Shown piece after piece: positions 1 to 7,191 of a DNA stretch of 42,384 nt. Each line of letters begins with the position of its first letter. Within the stretch, counting starts at the first letter, position 1. Source of the DNA: Pseudomonadota bacterium (GTDB lineage Bacteria; Bdellovibrionota; UBA1018); contig JBDLQW010000031.1 of the NCBI GenBank assembly GCA_039800365.1, positions 1 to 42,384 on the forward strand, given 5' to 3'. Position numbers and translations under genes: made by a program. The notes under the pieces were generated by a model. That model was not told where the DNA came from, did no database searches, and was given only the letters and a program-made list of their open reading frames with translations.

Positions 1-74
1 CCTCGATCAACTGGCTGCCGAAATTCACGCTGCCCGATCCTCACCCTAAGCTTGCTTCTGAAGCCAGACGGTGT

Positions 75-1085
75 TCACCGGGCTGCCTCTTGATCCCAAC
101 CATTATCTTCTTCAAAGACCACTCGTACTTCTTCTTGATCTCCGGGGGCAAAGCTTAAATCATGAAACACGATCGCGTTGAGTCGCTCGTCGTAATACCA
201 AGCACCCGCGGTGCCCGGTAACCCCGCTGGAATATCGCGGCCCTGATACACCACTCGAAGGGTTTGTAGCCGAGGCCGAGCGTCTAAGAAAAGCCGAGGT
301 GCCACCACACGCTTGACCAAGTCTTTGCCGAGATCAGCCAGGTTCGCACCAAACTGCGAGCTACACAGAGGATAGGCTTTTCCCTTCAAAGCTTGAATGA
401 AATCGCCATACCGAGAGCCTCGAAGCGTCCAGTTGGTTTCCTGCGGATTATCTAAACAACCGAGGTCATTCGTCCAAAAGATACCGTAGCCGACCACATC
501 GGCCAAATCCTGATGCAATGCTAGCCGATTGAGGACAGAAGGAACGGGTTCGTCTCCTTGCTCTTCGGCGTCGGTGACCAAAATCACCGCAAGCGTCGAG
601 CGCGGACGAATGAAGTCGGGAGAGACCCGCAAGGCTTGAAGTAAAGGATCAAACCCTTCCTCAACTGCAGCGCCCGAAGTTCCTAAACGGCGTACTGCAT
701 TCTGAAACAGTCCGATATTTCCGGGAGTACGCGAGGTGAGCTCCTGACCCAGACCAAACCCAATATAGGGAGGGTCGCTCTTGTCTGTTGAAATCAGGCC
801 CATCTTCCAATTCAAAGGATTACCGCTTTGAGCGAATTGATTCAAAAAAACACCGATATTCGCAATCACATTGGCTTGATGCGTTCCCATGCTGCCACTA
901 TTGTCGATCACCCAGAGGATATCGACGACCGAGTTGCCTTGAAGCTGCTTCAGCTGATGCGTGACATCGCTGACTTTGGCCGCTGGAGGCTGAAAATGAT
1001 ACAGCAAGCCCGGATTCTCACAACCCGCGAGGGCGAAAACCCCGAGCGCCAGCGACAGAAACGAACTCACTGATCGCCTATTCAT
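75..1085 (-). CDS. von Willebrand factor A (VWA) domain lipoprotein; terminal gene of the Agl/Glt-like operon
   Basis: 336-aa ORF. Signal peptide ends in lipobox LALAGC. MIDAS-type DxSxS motif (VIDNSGSMG) and downstream VILVTDAEEQGD are typical of VWA folds. Its ATG overlaps the upstream stop by 4 nt (1082-1085). Confidence 0.8.
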   Translation of the reverse strand: MNRRSVSSFLSLALGVFALAGCENPGLLYHFQPPAAKVSDVTHQLKQLQGNSVVDILWVIDNSGSMGTHQANVIANIGVFLNQFAQSGNPLNWKMGLISTDKSDPPYIGFGLGQELTSRTPGNIGLFQNAVRRLGTSGAAVEEGFDPLLQALRVSPDFIRPRSTLAVILVTDAEEQGDEPVPSVLNRLALHQDLADVVGYGIFWTNDLGCLDNPQETNWTLRGSRYGDFIQALKGKAYPLCSSQFGANLADLGKDLVKRVVAPRLFLDARPRLQTLRVVYQGRDIPAGLPGTAGAWYYDERLNAIVFHDLSFAPGDQEEVRVVFEEDNGWDQEAAR

Positions 1086-2830
1086 CGCTCAAGCCCTTTC
1101 AAGCACCGCGCTTCGATCAACCCTTGCACGCGAAAAAACTCATCCGGCCAAAAAACACCGTCGACTGGAAAAATCCACTTTCCCGCAGGAGCTTGTAATT
1201 CGTTCTGAGCCGAAGCCGAGCGCTCAGCACTCAGAGGCGCGCTTTGTGACGAGCGAATCTGATCTTGCTGCGCTCCCCTGACTTCACCCGATTGAGGCGC
1301 TGCTGCCAGCTGAACTCCACGAAGCTGATTCAGAAGCTCGATTTTCACGAAGCGCATTTTTCGAATGGCTTCTTCAAGCATCACCTTTTGAGCTCTCCAC
1401 TGCCGCCGGTACTCTGATTGAATCGCCTGACGAGCCCACTGCGTTCGAGCAGCTAAAGCCGACTCAGCAAGTTTCCAGTGCGACTGTTGACCCACCACTG
1501 AAGGAAGCGAGCTTGCCACGCTTCGCGCCTGCAGTTCTGCCAAACGCGCTCTCTCGGCTTCAAGAACTCGCTCTCGCTTTTCAGCCAGAGTCGAGAAGGC
1601 ATCGATTTCAGAGGGAGCTGGAACTGACGAGGCACTGAGCGCTTGATCAATGCGCTTAGCCCAACCCCCGTAGACGGTCTGAAACTCGGCGAAATCTTTC
1701 TGAACTCCGCCGTAGGAGCAAAGCTTGAGATTCGAAATGGCTCGTACTACCGGAATCTCAGGATGAAACTGCTCGCGGGTGGCCGGAGTACTGAGCGATG
1801 CCAGCTCTCCTCTTAAGCTCGAAACCTCTCCGCGACGCAATAAAACCCAAGCCAGCTCCTCACGCGCCGAAAGAAACTCGTGAGCCGAGTTCGGGATCTT
1901 TCGATAATAAATCTCAGCTTCTTCCCAAAGCCCCGCTTGAAACAAGAAACGGGCGATCTGAAGCAAATGTCCCGAAACCTTGGTAAGGTTTCCCTCAGCT
2001 TCGAGAGCTTTTTCAGCGTGAATTTTCAAAACGGAAGCCGCCCCGGCTAAATCGCGCTTTTTCGCCAATCCCAGAGCCACAGTCTGTGCCAAGGGCAAAC
2101 GATAGGCATGGCGCGCAGGCAACACATCAAGAAGCGTGCGCCCCTGATCGCCTTTTCGAAGCCACGCCGCTGCCTGAAGAGTCGCGATAGAGGGAAGCGA
2201 CCGTGGATCCAGCCGCAAAAATGCCGTCATCACTTCTGGAGGTGCTTCAAATCCTCGAGAAAAAAGCGCCTCGTCAAACGAGTCGGTGCTCCATTGCGGC
2301 CAACTCGCTTCAAAGGCGCTGACTAGAGCCACAGGAACGCCGGGCTTCGACCAGACGCGAGACGACTCGCTCAGTAAACGCATCCAAGACTCAACTCCCC
2401 ACTGAAAAGCCCCCAGCTTGAAGAGCGCCCGCAGGTGCGCCAGCTGTGCTGCCAAAACAAACTCTGTGGGAACCTGCTTTTCGATTCCTCCCCAAAGATG
2501 AGCAGCCCCTTCGAAATCTTGCTTCAGATGCAAGGCCACCCAATGATTCACTTCAGGAGAAAGCGTGGTCTTTGCCGCTTGCCACGTAGAATAAAGCTGA
2601 ATCGCGAAGGGATCATCGAGCTTCCAATTCGAGGAGCTCTCGAAAGCATGTGGTGCTTCCAGAGCCTTTTCAGAGGAGACTCCTGCGCCCCGAGTTCCCT
2701 GCAAGAGCAGGTCAGCCCCGGTGCCGCTTGCCGCGCCTGCCGGAGTAGCCACCAAAAACGAGGTCAGCGACGCGATGCAAGCCAAGGGCGAGGCACGAAG
2801 AACGGGTTCGCCAGCCCAGCGCGCCCTCAC
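1082..2830 (-). CDS. secreted helical-repeat (TPR-like) protein of unknown function; Agl/Glt-like operon member
   Basis: 582-aa ORF with 4-nt start/stop overlaps at both ends. N-terminal hydrophobic signal-like segment (ACIASLTSFLVATPAGAAS). Ala/Leu-rich helical composition; TPR-like by eye only. No catalytic motif recognised. Confidence 0.6.
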   Translation of the reverse strand: MRARWAGEPVLRASPLACIASLTSFLVATPAGAASGTGADLLLQGTRGAGVSSEKALEAPHAFESSSNWKLDDPFAIQLYSTWQAAKTTLSPEVNHWVALHLKQDFEGAAHLWGGIEKQVPTEFVLAAQLAHLRALFKLGAFQWGVESWMRLLSESSRVWSKPGVPVALVSAFEASWPQWSTDSFDEALFSRGFEAPPEVMTAFLRLDPRSLPSIATLQAAAWLRKGDQGRTLLDVLPARHAYRLPLAQTVALGLAKKRDLAGAASVLKIHAEKALEAEGNLTKVSGHLLQIARFLFQAGLWEEAEIYYRKIPNSAHEFLSAREELAWVLLRRGEVSSLRGELASLSTPATREQFHPEIPVVRAISNLKLCSYGGVQKDFAEFQTVYGGWAKRIDQALSASSVPAPSEIDAFSTLAEKRERVLEAERARLAELQARSVASSLPSVVGQQSHWKLAESALAARTQWARQAIQSEYRRQWRAQKVMLEEAIRKMRFVKIELLNQLRGVQLAAAPQSGEVRGAQQDQIRSSQSAPLSAERSASAQNELQAPAGKWIFPVDGVFWPDEFFRVQGLIEARCLKGLER

Positions 2831-3561
2831 TGGATCACCCCCGCGTCGGCAACTTTACTTCCCTCACCCAGCATCCATCCGAACTCGAGATGGCCAAGCC
2901 AGTGCTGGGTAATCGATGATGAAAGCCTTCGTTCTTCGCGATAGATATGATCTTTAAATCCCAAACGCACTAAGCCTGAGCGACCTAACCAGAAGGCAAA
3001 CCCCAGATCGAGCGTCGCCATCGGCGCTGCCCCGCTGGGCAATCCCACCACGCCACCACCCACAGCAACATACTGATCGAAATAAAGAACCTGGTCGTTG
3101 GTCAGGCGAAATTTACCGTAGAACGTATTCAAAGCCACCTCGCCTCCTGCGCGATAACGCGCGTAAGCCAGGTCTGGAACAATGCCCTCACGTGACAATA
3201 AGAGCTGTGCTGTTTCTGTCAGCGAATTGAAGACCTGCCCCCCAAACACTCCTAAGCTCCATCGATCATTGAAATGATACCGAAGACCTGCCTGAATTTG
3301 CTGAGAGTCTAGAAATCCCGAATTCGTGAAGTCACGCGAGACTCCCAAACCCAGCTCGACACGACCTTGGAGAGGATTGAACCGAGATTGGACGCTATAA
3401 AGCTTCTCGGTGGAGATCGACACCGGCGAGCGGTTCTCTGGAAGGTTTAACCACTGCACTTGATCTTCAAGCGAAGGAGCCTGAGTTGACGTCGCTCCAG
3501 CCTGACCGACAGTCAGCACGGCCAAAATTCCCACCCTCATTTTCCAGGATGAACGACTCAT
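2827..3561 (-). CDS. outer-membrane beta-barrel protein (GltA/GltB/NfsA-like in size and position)
   Basis: 244-aa ORF with signal peptide (VGILAVLTVGQAGATS). Alternating hydrophobic/aromatic strand pattern (YGKFRLTNDQVLYFDQYVAVGGG, LDLGFAFWLG). Overlaps both neighbours by 4 nt. The functional call is inference. Confidence 0.6.
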   Translation of the reverse strand: MSRSSWKMRVGILAVLTVGQAGATSTQAPSLEDQVQWLNLPENRSPVSISTEKLYSVQSRFNPLQGRVELGLGVSRDFTNSGFLDSQQIQAGLRYHFNDRWSLGVFGGQVFNSLTETAQLLLSREGIVPDLAYARYRAGGEVALNTFYGKFRLTNDQVLYFDQYVAVGGGVVGLPSGAAPMATLDLGFAFWLGRSGLVRLGFKDHIYREERRLSSSITQHWLGHLEFGWMLGEGSKVADAGVIQ

Positions 3562-5588
3562 CGAAGCACCTCCTCTGCCCAGGTTTGCGCCAGCGATTGA
3601 TCTTCAGGGCTTGCCATCACGAAATCGCCCCATTCGACTCCGGATAAAATCCATCGCTGAGAAGCGATTTGGCATCGAACGATGATGGGCAACTCATAAG
3701 CAGGCAACGAAGGCACGGGGGCATAAGCCAGCGCCAGAAGCTTTTGGCAACGACCGCCAGTCTGCTCCAGGAGAGAAGGATTGGCACTCTCAGGCGTCAA
3801 TCCGCCTCCCAGCCGCACTTCGCCGCGGGGAAGACTCAAGCCTGATCCCTGAGAAACGCGAACAGGAAGAGCTGCAAGGCCTGGAAAACTGGCTCCTAGA
3901 ACAGAACCGATTCGTCCTTGCCACTTCATCCCCTCGGCTTCAAATCGCTTCCAGAAGGATGACCCCAAAGTTCCCAGGCTCGGACTCTGCACGACCACCG
4001 TCGCCACGCCCTCGATCGCAGGCTTCGCTGCGGCAAGAGCGTCGGGATCAGCCAGAAGACTCGTGCCCAGAACGACGACTTCACGCAGCGCCAGCATCCT
4101 TTCATTCAACTCTTGAAGTAGCGGATTCACGACTTGCGCGCCTTTGAAAACTCTGACGCTTCCTAAGACCTCAGCATCCCGAAGGCTATCGCCCAGGACC
4201 AGGACGCGACTCCACGAGCGAGGTAAGGCCTCAAAGCCAAAGCTTTCGGTTCGCTTTCCGCCTTGTGGAAGCCGAACCTTCAAATTGAATTGTTTAAACC
4301 CCGAAGCGCGCGGGCTTAAGATTAAGGCCCCCGCCTCATAGCGAACCTCAGACCGGATTGACGCTGGTTCGATGCTTACTGAAAAGGTGCTGCCTCCCCC
4401 ATTGGGATTTCGAATCGACAAGGGAATTCGAAGCGAGGTTCCTTCGCGAAGGTACTGCACCCGACCTAGTTCCCAAGACGAACGATCAATCTCGGGCTCT
4501 AAGACCTGCTTTTCAGCCAAAGTGACGGCAATCGATTTGCGAGCGCAGCGGTTTTTTACCCAGCTGGACGAACCAAAAACACAAGCACTGACTTGCAATG
4601 TTACTGTTTTTCCCAGCTCGCTCTCAGGAATGCCATGCCAGCGAATCGCAGTCTGTGTGGTCACGCCGTCTGACTTATTTTCGATATCCAAGGTTCCAAA
4701 TGCCGGACGAGCCACCGTCACTTCTGGAGTCGTCTCAAGATTAGGGTCTTGCGAAAGAACCTGAATCCTGACGTCATCTCCTTGCTGCAACGAATCGGGG
4801 GCCGAGACCAGAGGATCCATGCGACGATCGATCACGCGCCAGTCGACCGCCGACACTGTCTTTCGACCCGAGGGCCCAATCACGATCGCTTCGCCTTGCC
4901 ACGTCTTTGAAATCACACCATTCGAGACCGAACCACCCCGTCCCACCAGGTCGAACCCTGGCTCGAAGTGCACTTTAAACTGCGTCGGATTCGTAAGAAC
5001 GGGCGCAATCGTCACTCCCGCAGGAACCCCGGCGATCAAGAACTGAAAGGGACCCTGAGGCTCATCAAGACTCGCGATCTCAACAACGGTATCGAAGGCA
5101 GTTCCTTCGGTCATCTCTAGCTTCGGAGCCTGCCAACGAATCTCGACCGGGCGAATGACATCTCGAACCTTGAGCTCCATCGTTCGTTCGATCGCCGATT
5201 GCGGTTCAAGCGAGCTCGATAGCAGCACCTTAACAACATAGCTGCGCATGCCCCGCAAAGGATCTGTTGGATCGTTTCCTGCCGAAAAGTCAGGCTGCCA
5301 CTTCAAGACTCCTGTTTTAGCATCGAACTCAGCTCCAACCGGAAGGTCAGCGACTGCAAGCACTGGTACTGCAGGAGCCGGCACATGAGCCTGAATCGTG
5401 AACTCGGTCAGCACGCCCTCTCGCAAGTCGAGCTCTTCAGGAACATCCAAGCCCCAGGGCTTCTCTACGGGACGCTCTACCGGCTTCTTTTCAGCGATGA
5501 TTCCTTGCGAGGGCATCGGATTCACCTGACAACCACTTGCGATCACTACAAGAGCAAGAAACGAAACTGAGGCTCTCATGACGTTCAC
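3558..5588 (-). CDS. large lipoprotein with Ig-like N-terminal repeats; function unknown
   Basis: 676-aa ORF with lipoprotein signal (LVVIASGC). The segment LPVGAEFDAKTGVLKWQPD resembles the putative-Ig (He_PIG/cadherin-like) motif. The N-terminal two thirds are beta-rich; the C-terminal domain is distinct and Ala/Leu/Val-rich. 4-nt overlaps on both sides. Confidence 0.65.
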   Translation of the reverse strand: MNVMRASVSFLALVVIASGCQVNPMPSQGIIAEKKPVERPVEKPWGLDVPEELDLREGVLTEFTIQAHVPAPAVPVLAVADLPVGAEFDAKTGVLKWQPDFSAGNDPTDPLRGMRSYVVKVLLSSSLEPQSAIERTMELKVRDVIRPVEIRWQAPKLEMTEGTAFDTVVEIASLDEPQGPFQFLIAGVPAGVTIAPVLTNPTQFKVHFEPGFDLVGRGGSVSNGVISKTWQGEAIVIGPSGRKTVSAVDWRVIDRRMDPLVSAPDSLQQGDDVRIQVLSQDPNLETTPEVTVARPAFGTLDIENKSDGVTTQTAIRWHGIPESELGKTVTLQVSACVFGSSSWVKNRCARKSIAVTLAEKQVLEPEIDRSSWELGRVQYLREGTSLRIPLSIRNPNGGGSTFSVSIEPASIRSEVRYEAGALILSPRASGFKQFNLKVRLPQGGKRTESFGFEALPRSWSRVLVLGDSLRDAEVLGSVRVFKGAQVVNPLLQELNERMLALREVVVLGTSLLADPDALAAAKPAIEGVATVVVQSPSLGTLGSSFWKRFEAEGMKWQGRIGSVLGASFPGLAALPVRVSQGSGLSLPRGEVRLGGGLTPESANPSLLEQTGGRCQKLLALAYAPVPSLPAYELPIIVRCQIASQRWILSGVEWGDFVMASPEDQSLAQTWAEEVLR

Positions 5589-6847
5589 CCTCCCACCGGA
5601 CGCAGCAAGAACGGATACTGAACCTGAACAGCAACTCCACCTAAGGGCTTTGGAAACTTCCAGCCCATCATTTGTTTTGAAATGCAGCGTTCGACCCCCT
5701 CGTGTCCGAGCGAGCTCTTGGCAACTTTCGCGAAATCGAGTTGTCCCGCGGGCCCAACTTGAAAACTCATGCTGACAGTGCCTTGAATTCCTGGCTTTTC
5801 TGCAAGCCCTTGCTCGTAGCAGGCCCGAACTTGGCTTAAGTACTTGGCGATGGTTGCCTGAATGACTGCGCGATCTAATCCACCCTCAAGAATCAAGTCT
5901 TGAGAAGCCGCGAGCGAAGAGAGAGCCCGCCCTTCGCCCGAACCCACCATGGCATTTCCATAACCGCCTTGACCGCCGCCGGCACCTTTAGTGCCGACCC
6001 CCCCAAGTCCCGCGACGCCTGAATTTCCAACGGTCGTGCGCTTCACCCCCGCGCCCAGTCCCGCTAAGAGCTCGCCGCCACTCCCTTGCTGACCACCTCG
6101 GCCGGCACCGGCACTTCCGTTCAAGCCTGTCGTGGCGCCGCCCAGGGCCCGGTTCAAGTTCGCGCTGCCCAACATGCCCAAAAATCCAAGATTTTGGGCA
6201 ATAGCACGCTTCGTTTGCACGCTGGCTTTTTGAGCTGTTTGAGGAATCACGTTTTCAGAGATCGGATTCACCACGGCAACGGCCTTTTGGCGTTCGGGAA
6301 GAACCCTAACCGTCACGGGCTCGATCACTGGCAGAACAGAAAGCGACGCCCCGGTGCGAGAAGAGTCAGTACCCCAGAACCGTCCAGAGATAAAAAACAA
6401 ACACGCCAAAAGAGCCGCTACTGCCAGTCCCTTCTCCAGCGTGCGCTCTTGTTGCCCTTCGGCCTGGGACACAGCTTGCGCAAAAACACCGCCGTCTGAA
6501 GCGGGTGCCACTTGAAGCGTACCCATGGGAGTGTGCAGATCCCAAAGCGCTTCAGACCTTGGAAAAACTCGACACGAATCCATCGAGCGCACCAGCGTGC
6601 CTCGAGAATCTCGAACGACTTCGAAACGACAGATCCAATCGGCATCGCCTTGAGCCTGCGATCGCTTGGCACGCAGCCGCCCACTGCGAGCCTGAAGATT
6701 CAAACGCTCCAACGAGGCATCTTCCGAAATCCAACCCAAAAGGCGATGCCATCCAAATCGAAGCGAAGCCCCCTGATCTGAATCTGATGGCGCCCCTAAA
6801 ACTTTCAGAAGATCTCCAGCTTCCGTTCGAAGAACCCAACGATTCAT
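5585..6847 (-). CDS. bitopic TonB-like protein with Gly-rich linker (AgmX/GltG-type)
   Basis: 420-aa ORF. About 145-aa cytoplasmic N-domain, then one TM (LAVAALLACLFFISG). Long Gly-rich linker (GGATTGLNGSAGAGRGGQQGSGG ... GGGQGGYG). C-terminal ~90-aa TonB-C-like domain with two Cys (VRACYEQG ... VERCISKQMMGWKFPKP). Confidence 0.65.
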   Translation of the reverse strand: MNRWVLRTEAGDLLKVLGAPSDSDQGASLRFGWHRLLGWISEDASLERLNLQARSGRLRAKRSQAQGDADWICRFEVVRDSRGTLVRSMDSCRVFPRSEALWDLHTPMGTLQVAPASDGGVFAQAVSQAEGQQERTLEKGLAVAALLACLFFISGRFWGTDSSRTGASLSVLPVIEPVTVRVLPERQKAVAVVNPISENVIPQTAQKASVQTKRAIAQNLGFLGMLGSANLNRALGGATTGLNGSAGAGRGGQQGSGGELLAGLGAGVKRTTVGNSGVAGLGGVGTKGAGGGQGGYGNAMVGSGEGRALSSLAASQDLILEGGLDRAVIQATIAKYLSQVRACYEQGLAEKPGIQGTVSMSFQVGPAGQLDFAKVAKSSLGHEGVERCISKQMMGWKFPKPLGGVAVQVQYPFLLRPVGG

Positions 6848-7191
6848 CGGCGTGCCTCCGTTGCTGTAGCGTTCGACTCGAACTCAGACTCGCCCAAATC
6901 TAAAGCTGCATGATCTAAGAACTGGTCTCGAAGACGAAGTAGACCATCAGAGGCAGGATCGCTATCGCCCGTCACTACGCTCATCTCGGCACGCTTCATC
7001 TGTCCTTGAATCAAGAGCTCATCAAAGCGAATCTCTTTGCCCGAACGGTATTTCACTGCAGTGACAGACTCAGTGCGCTTTTCAGTTTGAGCCTCGACCC
7101 CGGCCGAGGCGCTCGCATGATCCGCTCTCAAGTCGAGTCCCAGTACCAGCCCCAGAAAAAAAAGCATCGCTCTCTGTTGATCGAATCTCAT
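6844..7191 (-). CDS. small secreted/periplasmic protein (occupies the GltF/NfsF position)
   Basis: 115-aa ORF with signal peptide (MLFFLGLVLGLDLRADHASA) and an acidic mature part. ATGA overlaps with both neighbours support translation. Confidence 0.5.
   Translation of the reverse strand: MRFDQQRAMLFFLGLVLGLDLRADHASASAGVEAQTEKRTESVTAVKYRSGKEIRFDELLIQGQMKRAEMSVVTGDSDPASDGLLRLRDQFLDHAALDLGESEFESNATATEARR

Noticed and set aside
201-216. Sigma54-like -24/-12 strings inside coding regions on the minus strand: GGGCAC-cgcgg-GTGCT (201-216) and TGGCAC-ccagg-CTGCT (10936-10951).
   Set aside because: They lie deep inside CDSs with no downstream gene start at a sensible distance. In a GC-rich 42-kb window a few such matches are expected by chance. 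I use them as a caution for the intergenic hits.
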